A stretch of 64,000 nucleotides of DNA from Candidatus Uhrbacteria bacterium (GTDB lineage: Bacteria > Patescibacteriota > Patescibacteriia > UBA9934): assembly GCA_963822405.1 (NCBI GenBank), contig CAWGHH010000004.1, positions 70,226 through 134,225 on the forward strand, written 5' to 3'. Shown one piece after another: positions 1 to 8,757 of this stretch (its first letter is position 1; each line of letters opens with the position of its first letter). Both the position numbers and the translations under genes were made by a program. The notes under the pieces were generated by a model, which was given only the letters and a program-made list of their open reading frames with translations, was not told the origin of the DNA and made no database searches.

Positions 1-201
1 AGCAGCCGCAGTAATAGTGATGCCGCGCTCCTGTTCCTGCTCCATCCAGTCCATAGTAGCCTCGCCCTCATGAACCTCTCCGATCTTATGCTTTTTTCCG
101 GTATAGAAAAGCACGCGCTCTGTGGTAGTTGTTTTACCAGCGTCAATGTGCGCGATGATACCGATGTTGCGAACTCGCTCTAACGGATAATCACGGTTCA
201 T
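1..201 (-). CDS. fusA: Elongation factor G, N-terminal fragment (gene continues beyond window start)
   Basis: Minus-strand translation from ATG at 199-201 gives [67 protein letters not shown], the GTP-binding N-terminus of EF-G. Sits downstream of rpsG as in the str operon. Confidence 0.85.
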   Translation of the reverse strand, partial: MNRDYPLERVRNIGIIAHIDAGKTTTTERVLFYTGKKHKIGEVHEGEATMDWMEQEQERGITITAAA

Positions 202-213
202 AGATAATGGAAA

Positions 214-681
214 TTACCGAGCAAAGTGAGCGAAGGCACGGTTAGCATCTGCCATGCGCTGAACGTCAGCACGCTTCTTCACGGAATCGCCTTCGTTCTT
301 AGCAGCCATCATAATCTCTTCAGCTAGCTTTTCTGCCATTGGCTTGCCCTTCTTGCTGCGAGCAGCGTCTAGAAGCCAGCGATAAGCCAAAGCGTAACGA
401 CGATCACCGCGAACTGGCATAGGCACCTGGTAGTTTGCACCGCCAACGCGCTTGCTCTTAACTTCAACGGTAGGTGTAATGTTTTTCAAGGCGTTATCAA
501 AGACAACCATTGGGTCTTCCTTTGTTTCAGAAGCTACAATAGCGAAACAATCATACACGACTCTTTCTGCAGTAGACTTCTTACCATCCTTCATGACGTA
601 ATTGATGAGCTTCGAAACTAAAACATTCCCGTACTTAAAGTCAGGAATGAGGACGCGTTTTATAGCGGATTTACCACGCAT
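214..681 (-). CDS. rpsG: 30S ribosomal protein S7
   Basis: 155 aa ORF with typical S7 sequence (…NALKNITPTVEVKSKRVGGANYQVP…). TAA stop. str operon context. Confidence 0.95.
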   Translation of the reverse strand: MRGKSAIKRVLIPDFKYGNVLVSKLINYVMKDGKKSTAERVVYDCFAIVASETKEDPMVVFDNALKNITPTVEVKSKRVGGANYQVPMPVRGDRRYALAYRWLLDAARSKKGKPMAEKLAEEIMMAAKNEGDSVKKRADVQRMADANRAFAHFAR

Positions 682-754
682 ATTATGTTAGTGTTTTAGG
701 TTTCCGTTTTACTTCCCGCGTGGGCGGTACTCGGAAACTATGAATAATTTACCT

Positions 755-784
755 GAGAGGGTCGACACAAAGGTCGACCCCTAC
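755..784. repeat. Family A palindromic element (GAGAGGGTCGAC-acaaag-GTCGACCCCTAC), intergenic rpsG/rpsL
   Basis: Perfect 8-bp arms containing SalI sites. Same 30-nt consensus as copies inside leuS and the rsmB-like gene. Confidence 0.8.
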
Positions 785-790
785 AACACG

Positions 791-1231
791 CTATTTCTTG
801 GCTGCTGCCTTACCGGCCTTTGGCTTCTTTGTGCCGTAGCGTGAACGGCTACGGTTACGACCCTCAACACCCGTAGCGTCATAACGACCGCGCACGATGT
901 GATAACGAACACCTGGAAGGTCCTTCACACGTCCACCACGGATCATGACGATGGAGTGTTCCTGAAGGTTATGACCTTCGCCTGGAATATAAGCCGAAAC
1001 TTCCGTACCATTAGAAAGACGAACACGAGCGATTTTACGAAGGGCCGAGTTTGGCTTCTTCGGGGTCATAGTAGTGACCTTCACACATACACCGCGCTTA
1101 AACGGAGCTCCCTTAGGGAGAACGGTGCGCTTACGGTGCAAAGAATCGTGCGTGTACTGCATGGCAGGAGATTTGCTCTTGCGTTTTGCAGTCTTGCGCC
1201 CTTTTCTAACTAGCTGGTTGATTGTCGGCAT
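791..1231 (-). CDS. rpsL: 30S ribosomal protein S12
   Basis: 146 aa ORF beginning [12 protein letters not shown] with [16 protein letters not shown] motif. Long basic C-terminal tail. Confidence 0.95.
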   Translation of the reverse strand: MPTINQLVRKGRKTAKRKSKSPAMQYTHDSLHRKRTVLPKGAPFKRGVCVKVTTMTPKKPNSALRKIARVRLSNGTEVSAYIPGEGHNLQEHSIVMIRGGRVKDLPGVRYHIVRGRYDATGVEGRNRSRSRYGTKKPKAGKAAAKK

Positions 1232-1342
1232 AAAAGTGGCAAAACTCTAACATAAGAGAAATTATTGGTCAACACACGCTATCCCCCTTGTGACCCGTAA
1301 GAATTTCCGCTAACCTTAGATGGAACCAGACGTGGAGGGATC

Positions 1343-1669
1343 ATGGCTCAAGTCATTGCTCAACTCGTCCCGCTCAATCGCGATGGTTCCGTGATCATGG
1401 AATTGCCCGAAGACGTGGCGGATGCTGACGAACCGATGGGGTTCATTAACCCGCTCGTCGGCGATCATCTGGGTTGTCTTGGATACTTCGCCCTGCGAGC
1501 GCTCGAAAACGACGCAGGAATCAGTACCACTGACCTCGTGCTCAAGTGCACGTTCTGCAACTCTTCACTCGTCATCCCGGCAAAAGTCAGGACGTACAAA
1601 GGTCTGTGGCTCTACCTCGTTGATGCTGGCGTAGTAGACGAAGATGATCTCTGGCCACGGATCTACTGA
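1343..1669 (+). CDS. Hypothetical protein (108 aa), GC-richer than surroundings
   Basis: ORF preceded by GGAGGG 5 nt upstream of ATG. TGA stop followed immediately by a GC hairpin plus T-run terminator. No recognisable family. Confidence 0.55.
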   Translation: MAQVIAQLVPLNRDGSVIMELPEDVADADEPMGFINPLVGDHLGCLGYFALRALENDAGISTTDLVLKCTFCNSSLVIPAKVRTYKGLWLYLVDAGVVDEDDLWPRIY

Positions 1670-1687
1670 CCCCGAACTGCCCTAAGG

Positions 1688-1718
1688 CCCCGCCTGAGCG
1701 CAGCGCGGGGTCCTTTTC
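1688..1718. terminator. Rho-independent terminator shared by the convergent 1343..1669 ORF and the M50 protease gene
   Basis: CCCCGCctgagcgcaGCGGGG hairpin followed by tccttttc. Confidence 0.6.
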
Positions 1719-2398
1719 TATTGACCAAGATAGTGACCAAGAAGCCCAAGACAAGACATTTGAGACAATGTGTCACAAGCGAAAGTGGCCGGAGCCTGGA
1801 CGACGATAAAAACATTCAACGGAGTTAGAAGAGAAAGGATAACTAAACCAAGAAGAATCTTTGGTCCATTCATCTCAAGCCAAGCACGAGCCTGATGGGC
1901 ATTCCCGTGAACAAGAGCTGCATCAAGAACCTTTGAGCCATCAAGTGGAGGGACTGGAATGAGGTTGAAAAATAACAAAAGCATATTTACTAACATAACG
2001 AAAACTAAAAACGCAGGAAGAATAGAATTTGGATCAAGCGAACCACTTTTAGCAAGGCCATGAAAAATCCCTGCAGCTATAAACGCCACAATTAAATTCG
2101 CAAGCGGTCCGGCAAGCGCAATAGCCACGCCATCAGCCAATGGATTTTTTAAACGCATCGGGTTGAATGGAACTGGCTTTGCCCAACCAAAACCCACAAT
2201 CAACAACATGAGCGTACCGGCAACATCTAGGTGAGCCAGTGGGTTCAATGACAATCGACCCATTTGCTCTGCCGTATCATCACCCCGCCACTTCCCCACT
2301 AGCGCATGCGCAAACTCGTGGACCGTCAAAGAAAGAATCAATGCTGTTGCCCAAGCGAGAGCGAGAAAGGGAGACGAGAAAAGAAGTTCTAGAAACAT
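1718..2398 (-). CDS. M50 family zinc metalloprotease (site-2 protease-like), integral membrane
   Basis: HEFAHAL (HExxH) motif inside a hydrophobic multi-TM protein of 226 aa. Confidence 0.75.
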   Translation of the reverse strand: MFLELLFSSPFLALAWATALILSLTVHEFAHALVGKWRGDDTAEQMGRLSLNPLAHLDVAGTLMLLIVGFGWAKPVPFNPMRLKNPLADGVAIALAGPLANLIVAFIAAGIFHGLAKSGSLDPNSILPAFLVFVMLVNMLLLFFNLIPVPPLDGSKVLDAALVHGNAHQARAWLEMNGPKILLGLVILSLLTPLNVFIVVQAPATFACDTLSQMSCLGLLGHYLGQ

Positions 2399-2401
2399 AA
2401 A

Positions 2402-3700
2402 TTATTCAACAGTTATATCTGCGCCAACCGCTCGAAGTTTGCCGAACAAATCTTCGTAACCGCGTTCGAGATGCTCGATGCCGGTTAGCGTTGAGGTACC
2501 GTCCGCCACGAGAGCAGCGATCACATAAGCTAACCCAGCGCGAATATCCGGAACCTTCAATTCAGTCGCCGGCTTCAACGTTGCCGGTCCCTTGATAACT
2601 GCCGAATGCTTATAGTTCTGGTCCTTAAAACGACAAGCAACTTCACCTAAACAATTTTCAAACAACGTAATGTCTGCGCCCATTTTTACTAGTTCATCAG
2701 TATAACCAAAACGCTCCTGGTAAACCGTCTCATGCACAACACTCGTTCCCTCAGCCTGTGTAAGCGCAACAACAAACGGCTGTTGCCAATCAGTCATAAA
2801 GCCAGGATGCGTATCAGTTTCCAACTGCAAACCCTTATATTTTTGACCGCCGATGAATCGGATGCCGCCTTCCTCGACAATATATTCACCGCCCATTCGC
2901 CTAACAGCGTTCAAGAATGTCACCATGTCTCTATGCTCAGCGCCTTCGCAGAAAATCTCACCACGAGTGGCCAACGCCATAGAAGCATATGATGCAGCCT
3001 CCATCCGATCCGGAAGAATTCGGTGCGTACAACCGTGAAGCTTTTCAACGCCAGTGATTTCAATATGTCTACCCGCGCCCATCTCAATAATCGCGCCCAT
3101 CTTCTGGAGCATCATGATCAAATCAACGATCTCTGGTTCGATGGCCGCATTCTTAATCACTGTCCTGCCCCGAGCGAGCACACCGGCGAGTATCGCTGTT
3201 TCAGTCGCCCCAACTGATGGATACGGCAACTCGATCAATGTGCCTTTAAGTCCATCTTTCGCGGTTGCTCGGTATCCTTCTTTGTCAGCTTCGATTGTCG
3301 CTCCCATCTTTTCAAGCGCGTCAATATGAAAGTTGACTGGTCGAGGACCGATCTTGTCACCGCCGAGCATTGGCACGTATCCCTCCCCCGCCCGATGAAG
3401 CAATGGAGCGAGCGCGAGAATAGCCAAACGATTCTTTCTTGAAAGCTGCATGGCCGAGGTACTCGCAATCTCCTTCACCTGAATCTTCATGGTGTGATCG
3501 GTCAACTCAGTCTTAGCGCCGAGCATAGTGATCAGCTCGCGCGCGATCTCACTCTCTTGCTGAAGCGGAACGTTCTCAAGCGTCACTTCATCAGCCGTCA
3601 GCAAACAAGCGATTAGCATTTTTGACGCCGCATTTTTTGCGCCGGCAATTTTTACGGAGCCGTGAAGAGGTTTACCACCAGTGACTTTCAGGGTATTCAT
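2402..3700 (-). CDS. murA: UDP-N-acetylglucosamine 1-carboxyvinyltransferase
   Basis: Starts MNTLKVTGGKPLHGSVKIAGAKNAASKMLIACLL…, classic MurA. Start ATG at 3698-3700 chosen over the longer upstream ORF extension. Confidence 0.9.
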   Translation of the reverse strand: MNTLKVTGGKPLHGSVKIAGAKNAASKMLIACLLTADEVTLENVPLQQESEIARELITMLGAKTELTDHTMKIQVKEIASTSAMQLSRKNRLAILALAPLLHRAGEGYVPMLGGDKIGPRPVNFHIDALEKMGATIEADKEGYRATAKDGLKGTLIELPYPSVGATETAILAGVLARGRTVIKNAAIEPEIVDLIMMLQKMGAIIEMGAGRHIEITGVEKLHGCTHRILPDRMEAASYASMALATRGEIFCEGAEHRDMVTFLNAVRRMGGEYIVEEGGIRFIGGQKYKGLQLETDTHPGFMTDWQQPFVVALTQAEGTSVVHETVYQERFGYTDELVKMGADITLFENCLGEVACRFKDQNYKHSAVIKGPATLKPATELKVPDIRAGLAYVIAALVADGTSTLTGIEHLERGYEDLFGKLRAVGADITVE

Positions 3701-3706
3701 ATTTAG

Positions 3707-3735
3707 AAGGGTCGACGCATGGGTCGACCCCAACG
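3707..3735. repeat. Family A element (GGGTCGACgcatGGGTCGACCCC), 6 nt upstream of murA start
   Basis: Same sequence class as copies at 29993, 30719, 43655 and 57627. Confidence 0.8.
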
Positions 3736-3740
3736 GCGAG

Positions 3741-4265
3741 TTATTGGACGAACTTCTTAAGAGTCTCAAGGCTCAAATCCACGAATTTGTCGGCCTTCTC
3801 AAGCCAATCAGCCGGTGGGTTTTGCTCATCGAATTGTTCGACTGATGGCGTTGGCAAAAACATCGGCAAGGCAATGCCCTTATTTCCAAGCCAAATTAAT
3901 TGCAACTCTTTGATGGCTCGCACGCCACCGAATGGACCGCTAGAAACCGCCACGGAAGCGAGTGGCTTGTTCGCCATTACTCCCCCGCCAAGATAATCAA
4001 TCGCATCCTTAAGTACGCCTGGAATCGCGTGATTGTATTCCGGAGTCACGATCATTACCCCGTCTGCCAATTTCACGCCTTCAGCCAATTTCAACACACC
4101 TGGATGACTATAACTTTCCCCGTCATATCTAGGAAGATCTAGTTCCGCAAGATCAAGAGCCGTAACTTCTATTCCCTTCTGTTTCAAAATCCCTAATAGT
4201 ACTTTATAAACTTTTTCTGATTGGCGACCCTTTCGCACCGTTCCGAGAATTACAGCGATGTTCAT
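3741..4265 (-). CDS. NADPH-dependent FMN reductase / flavodoxin-like fold protein
   Basis: MNIAVILGTVRKGRQSEKV…TPEYNHAIPGVLKDAIDYL matches the NADPH-dependent FMN reductase family. Start at ATG 4263-4265. Confidence 0.7.
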   Translation of the reverse strand: MNIAVILGTVRKGRQSEKVYKVLLGILKQKGIEVTALDLAELDLPRYDGESYSHPGVLKLAEGVKLADGVMIVTPEYNHAIPGVLKDAIDYLGGGVMANKPLASVAVSSGPFGGVRAIKELQLIWLGNKGIALPMFLPTPSVEQFDEQNPPADWLEKADKFVDLSLETLKKFVQ

Positions 4266-4282
4266 AGTATTAAAGCTTGTAA

Positions 4283-4379
4283 GGTAAAAGAATATATTCG
4301 TCAAAATTTGAGTCGGACCCTCGGCTGAGCCTACGGGCAAGTTACCTCCTAAAAATTTTACCGAACATATTCTTTTACC
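4283..4379. repeat. Family C long hairpin with conserved loop core (expanded variant)
   Basis: Arms GGTAAAAGAATATATTCG / CGAACATATTCTTTTACC around AAATTTGAGTCGGA…TTACCTCCTAAAAATTT. Confidence 0.7.
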
Positions 4380-4455
4380 TTTGGATAGAGTACACGAGCT
4401 AGAAAAAAAGAGGAACCGCGCCCCAGGCATGCGAGCCCAGGAACGCGGTTTACGG

Positions 4456-5766
4456 CTAGCACTTCAAGCTGAAGCGCTCTTTCCAATACTCGTACAATTC
4501 ACGACGAACTTCCTGGTCCTCCCAATTAACCCCAAAGATTTCTCTATCCCAGTAGTAGTTCACGTGCGTGAGGAGCTGTTCCCCACGCCGAATACCGTGG
4601 TTCAAGTTATCCGTTGCGTACGCCTCGTTAATCCCGTCGCGCAACGTCGTCACCTTCTGTTCGACGAAGGACCGAATGATCCGATCTTCTTCATCGCGCG
4701 AGATTGTACCGATCAGCTTCACGTCCCAATAATCAATGTTTCGGTTAGGTTTCTTACTGGATTCTTCCTCGCTGCGAATGTGCTCAATGGCCAGTGGAGC
4801 CTCACCCCACAGCTTTTCGCACACGTAGGCAAAAAGGCGCAGAGCATCCTCACGTGTCGGAACACGAAGTTCTCCGTGCTCAAGCACTGCCGCCACAACG
4901 TAGAGTCCGCGTCGCGAATCTTTCACCACGGGATAACCGCTCTCAATGCCGATACACTCCCGCTCGTGCTTCATGGCTCGCGAGAACATGCGCTTACGCG
5001 GGTCATCACTCAAAACAAATTGCGTGAACCCGTTGTGTTTGATGATGCGACACGGAAACTCGGACATGACTACCCGTTGGTGACTCTCCGATTTCGCGCG
5101 CAGATCATTTGCCCACCGTTCGGCCTCTGCTTTATCAAATGTGACCCTTGGCTCCTCAATCAACCGACGTTGTTTACTTGAGTTCAGTCGAAACACAGCG
5201 TAGACCGTAGCCGAATCCTCGGCAAACAACCGATTCGCTGCCAAGTTCTCAAGCATAATGACGTCTTTCGAGATCCACCCGTCAGGATCTACAAGTTCGA
5301 GCTGGAACAACTGCGACGCGATGGCGAAGTTCCGTCGAGCCTCAAAAGCCGCCTGACACGCGAGTGTATCCGTACGTTTTTCCATCTTTTGCCAGAGGTA
5401 CATGAGACCAACCGGGTCAAGCTCGTTCGCGCTCGTGTTGTACGTACGCAAGGACAACGCCTTCGGAAAGAAATAATTTCCGATCAGATATTCCAGATAC
5501 AAGTCTGTGAGCTTAATTGCCTCAACAAACATGTCCCAGAATTTCTCAGCTCCAAGCGACGGGAGATCGATCTCGTCATTCGTTCGGTGTGCCCTCTTCC
5601 AGGCGTGATAAAACGCACCCTTTATACCCGCACCTTTCTTCCGTCGTGCCTCGTACAAACGCAAGATCTTATCGAGCAACTCCATTTCTCGGGCGATCGG
5701 TAAGAATTGAAGCACCTCAGCGGGACAAAAAACGCAATCCGTACGCAGAACCATGACAACCCCCAA
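4456..5766 (-). CDS. Hypothetical protein (436 aa), no recognisable family
   Basis: Long clean ORF. Arg/Glu/Trp-rich soluble protein. C-terminal R-x6-H (RRGEQLLTH) is weakly HEPN-like. Confidence 0.6.
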   Translation of the reverse strand: MGVVMVLRTDCVFCPAEVLQFLPIAREMELLDKILRLYEARRKKGAGIKGAFYHAWKRAHRTNDEIDLPSLGAEKFWDMFVEAIKLTDLYLEYLIGNYFFPKALSLRTYNTSANELDPVGLMYLWQKMEKRTDTLACQAAFEARRNFAIASQLFQLELVDPDGWISKDVIMLENLAANRLFAEDSATVYAVFRLNSSKQRRLIEEPRVTFDKAEAERWANDLRAKSESHQRVVMSEFPCRIIKHNGFTQFVLSDDPRKRMFSRAMKHERECIGIESGYPVVKDSRRGLYVVAAVLEHGELRVPTREDALRLFAYVCEKLWGEAPLAIEHIRSEEESSKKPNRNIDYWDVKLIGTISRDEEDRIIRSFVEQKVTTLRDGINEAYATDNLNHGIRRGEQLLTHVNYYWDREIFGVNWEDQEVRRELYEYWKERFSLKC

Positions 5767-5805
5767 GCGTAAAAAGTAAATTTAAGAATAAGACATTGAC
5801 CCTAA

Positions 5806-5838
5806 CAAATAGCAAAAGACGGCGCAAGTGCGCCGCCT
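5806..5838. terminator. Rho-independent terminator downstream of ndk (minus strand)
   Basis: GGCGCAcTTGCGCC hairpin followed on the minus strand by GTCTTTTGCTATTT. Confidence 0.5.
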
Positions 5839-5840
5839 TC

Positions 5841-5890
5841 AACCACCCTGAACCCCCTTTGGTCCCCCTGGGAGGGGGAAGCGAACCAAC
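5841..5890. repeat. Family B C5/G5 hairpin element, intergenic (downstream of ndk)
   Basis: aaccaccctgaaCCCCCtttggtCCCCCtgggaGGGGGaagcgaacc. Confidence 0.75.
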
Positions 5891-5892
5891 CA

Positions 5893-6360
5893 TTAGATGC
5901 CTTCGCCGAAGTGGTAGATGTCGGTCAATTTGTCGTAGGCGAAGACTTCTTCTGGTTTAAAGAAACGATTAATTTCAACGGTAGCTGCTTCAACGGAGTC
6001 AGAAGCGTGAACCATGTTTGATGGGACGTTCATGGAAAGATCAGCACGGATTGTACCTGCATCAGCTACGCGTGGATTTGTAGCACCGACGATTACGCGG
6101 ACTGTTTCAATGACATCCAAGCCCTCAAGCACCATAGCGATCACCGGGGTCTGCATCATGAACTTTAGAAGTGCCGGAAAGAAAGACTTTTCCTTCAAGT
6201 GGCCGTAGTGCTCAGTGAGTGTAGCTTCATCAAGATGAGCCATCTTCATAGCAACAATCTTCAAACCCTTACGCTCAAAGCGACCAATCACTTCACCGGC
6301 CAATTCACGCTGCAATGCATCTGGTTTAATGAGCACTAATGTCTTTTGAACTTCAGCCAT
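5893..6360 (-). CDS. ndk: Nucleoside diphosphate kinase
   Basis: MAEVQKTLVLIKPDALQRELAGEVIGRFERKGLKIVAMK… is typical NDK. Start at ATG 6358-6360. The longer ORF extension overlaps the upstream gene. Confidence 0.9.
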   Translation of the reverse strand: MAEVQKTLVLIKPDALQRELAGEVIGRFERKGLKIVAMKMAHLDEATLTEHYGHLKEKSFFPALLKFMMQTPVIAMVLEGLDVIETVRVIVGATNPRVADAGTIRADLSMNVPSNMVHASDSVEAATVEINRFFKPEEVFAYDKLTDIYHFGEGI

Positions 6361-6409
6361 AAAAAGTTTGTTTAATTTGCGTAGAAGATACGGGAGGCGG
6401 AAACGTTTG

Positions 6410-7321
6410 TCAAAAGTTGAATGAAGTAATTGAGGGTTCTCCACCGGTACTCGTAACCCTAATACTTCCAAGTTCATCGGTTCGATAAATAGTTGCACCA
6501 AATTTTTCTAGTCGAGTGATTGAATCTTCGTCGGGTAAACCGTATGAGTTTCCTGCGCCAACGGAAATTATCGCCGAGTCTGGGGTGATTGCTTGCAAGA
6601 GTTTTTCACTGGTTGACGTACGGCTGCCGTGGTGGCCAACTTTGAGAACGTCGATGTGACCCATTCGACCCCCCGCATTCAGGCCTGAACCCCCTTTGTC
6701 CCCCTGGAAGGGGGAAGAAGCGAGAAATGCGGCTTCCTGTGCAACACCGGCGTCGCCGGTGAGTAGCATCGTCGTGTCGCCGTAAGTAAGAAGGGCGACA
6801 ACGGAGCCGTCGTTAGCGTCGGACAGCAACGCGCCATCGTATGACTCATTCGGCCAAACGAAATCTAGTCGCGCTCCCCCGCCGAGATCATAAGTGTCGC
6901 CGGCCTTCAAGTGGAGCGCGTCGGGCGCGAGTTTTTCGTACTCATGAAACTCGGGTGTGCCATATCCTTGTCCGCTATCGGCCACCTGCGCAACACGGTA
7001 GCGCTCGAGTACCGGCACGAGACCCATAATGTGATCTGCGTGCGGGTGCGTGTCGATTACGAGGTCTATCGAGCTATCCCACGGCAACATCACACTGGCC
7101 AATTTTTCGAGAATTGACGTATCGGGACCGCCATCGATCAACACCTGCTTCTCGGGACCGTCAATGAATATAGCGTCGCCTTGGCCAACATCAAAAACAA
7201 ATACAGACAACTTTGCAGGTTCAAATAATTTGTCGTTCACGAGTTCAACTCGCCCAATCAAGATACCGACGATAATTATCGGAGTCAGGACTGCTAAAAT
7301 ATTTTTTTTCGAAATCTTCAT
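6410..7321 (-). CDS. ComEC C-terminal metallo-beta-lactamase domain protein, encoded as a separate gene
   Basis: VFDVGQGDAIFI…DTHPHADH…GHHGS MBL motifs. N-terminal TM. 4-nt overlap with the upstream comEC channel gene. Contains the family B repeat in-frame. Confidence 0.8.
   Translation of the reverse strand: MKISKKNILAVLTPIIIVGILIGRVELVNDKLFEPAKLSVFVFDVGQGDAIFIDGPEKQVLIDGGPDTSILEKLASVMLPWDSSIDLVIDTHPHADHIMGLVPVLERYRVAQVADSGQGYGTPEFHEYEKLAPDALHLKAGDTYDLGGGARLDFVWPNESYDGALLSDANDGSVVALLTYGDTTMLLTGDAGVAQEAAFLASSPFQGDKGGSGLNAGGRMGHIDVLKVGHHGSRTSTSEKLLQAITPDSAIISVGAGNSYGLPDEDSITRLEKFGATIYRTDELGSIRVTSTGGEPSITSFNF
6674..6732. repeat. Family B element inside the ComEC-MBL gene, in-frame, flanked by 7-bp inverted repeat CCGCATT/AATGCGG
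   Basis: Encodes SSPFQGDKGGSGLNAGG. Confidence 0.75.
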
Positions 7322-8757
7322 AGGTTAATCGCAGCGAAAGGCAAGGCGGCCATGGCGTCGATGATCCGCAAGATGACGTCGAGGAAGAGCCAACCAGGAA
7401 GAACCAAACCCCCTTTTATTCCCCCTAAAAGGGGGAACCAAGTGAATACATGAACCAATACCCCGAATGTGCCGGTAGCCATGGCGTAAGGTAGAAACGG
7501 GAGGACGAGGAGGTTTGTCACGGGACCGATGATTGATAGCCGATGAAAACCGAAGATGATTACTGGCAAAGTTGCGAACGTGGCGGCGAGGGTGCAAGAG
7601 AGTGATTCGCGTAAACCAAAAGCTTCGGGGATCCATTCAAGTTTAGCAGCAATTGGTTTGGCAAACGCAATTAATCCGGTAGTCGACAAAACAGATAATT
7701 GAAAACCGGTATCGTCCCGCAGGATCCGGGGCTCGATCATGACCATGATGGCCGTTGTCAGCAACAGAGCATTTCGCGCCGAACTTTTGCGACCAAGCTG
7801 CGTCGCTGAAACTGCAATGGCGCCCATGATGCCGGCTCGTAAAACAGCACCGGACCCACCGGCAATAATCACAAACGAAGCAATCGCAAATAACACAAAC
7901 GGAAATGCATACTGTCGTCGGAGTCCCGCATAGATGAGGAACGCTAGCGCCAGCGAAGACACGAGCGCAACGTTGTATCCGCTGGCCGCAACTACATGCG
8001 ACGTACCCGTAGTAATGAATTTCTGTTTCCACTTATCGGAAAATGAATTGTCGCCTAGCAACAAACCGGCGAGTAATTGAGCGTGTGGCTCGCCGTACGT
8101 TCGACGAATTTCCCCCACCGCCTTCTCGTGAATCTTCCCAAGAATAACTTTCGGATTATTTACCTCTTCTCGCTTTAAAATAAATGGTTCACTTCTCGAA
8201 TAACACTGCGCATAAATACTTTTCGCCGCAAGATATCTGTCATATCTAAAACCATCGAGTGGCTCAGGCGCTTCAAGATCGCAATGAACGCCAACTCTGT
8301 CGCCGAGCTCACCGTGAGAATAGAGCGGGACGAAGGTGAGAATTTTGTCGCCAACTTGTTCGCCGTTCACAGCCAATCGTTCGAGCGTTAACGTCTCGCC
8401 TTTCTCGCCAACTGAGTGCGTCATGATGACGCCAGTAACGCTCGCATTTTTTGCGAGGTGAAAAGCGACGGAGTTGGTCGAAGGCGTTGCAAGGGAGTAA
8501 CGCCAGATGCCGAGAAGTGAGGAGAGGGTGAAGAGAGTGAGGAGAACCCCCTTGGTCCCCCTGGAAGGGGGAAGCGAACCACTCCTGACCACCGACTCCC
8601 CCGTAGCCCCCTCTTTGAAAGAGGGGGAGGATACCACCCAACCCACGGCGCAGACGCCGAAGAGAACCAAGACTGGCCAGCCGTAGGACGCAAAAGCGAC
8701 TCCGAAGAGGAGACCTGCGAGGATGCTCGTCAGGATTCTGCTCGGAGTCGCCTTCAT
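7318..8757 (-). CDS. comEC: Competence protein ComEC/Rec2 membrane channel domain (DUF4131 + competence domain)
   Basis: Polytopic membrane protein with ComEC-like sequence. GTG at 8760 or ATG at 8755-8757, overlapping the leuS TGA stop. Carries three family B repeats in-frame. Confidence 0.75.
   Translation of the reverse strand: MKATPSRILTSILAGLLFGVAFASYGWPVLVLFGVCAVGWVVSSPSFKEGATGESVVRSGSLPPSRGTKGVLLTLFTLSSLLGIWRYSLATPSTNSVAFHLAKNASVTGVIMTHSVGEKGETLTLERLAVNGEQVGDKILTFVPLYSHGELGDRVGVHCDLEAPEPLDGFRYDRYLAAKSIYAQCYSRSEPFILKREEVNNPKVILGKIHEKAVGEIRRTYGEPHAQLLAGLLLGDNSFSDKWKQKFITTGTSHVVAASGYNVALVSSLALAFLIYAGLRRQYAFPFVLFAIASFVIIAGGSGAVLRAGIMGAIAVSATQLGRKSSARNALLLTTAIMVMIEPRILRDDTGFQLSVLSTTGLIAFAKPIAAKLEWIPEAFGLRESLSCTLAATFATLPVIIFGFHRLSIIGPVTNLLVLPFLPYAMATGTFGVLVHVFTWFPLLGGIKGGLVLPGWLFLDVILRIIDAMAALPFAAINL
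7401..7440. repeat. Family B element inside comEC, in-frame (encodes FPLLGGIKGG)
   Basis: GAACCaaaCCCCCttttattCCCCCTaaaaGGGGGAACC, flanked by GAACC direct repeats. Confidence 0.75.
8544..8632. repeat. Two adjacent family B elements inside comEC, in-frame
   Basis: Encode SPSFKEGATGES and SLPPSRGTKGVL. Second copy contains the perfect palindrome CCCCCTCTTTgAAAGAGGGGG. Confidence 0.75.

Noticed and set aside
4381-5181. 266-aa plus-strand ORF
   Set aside because: Antisense to the well-formed 436-aa minus-strand gene. No start context.
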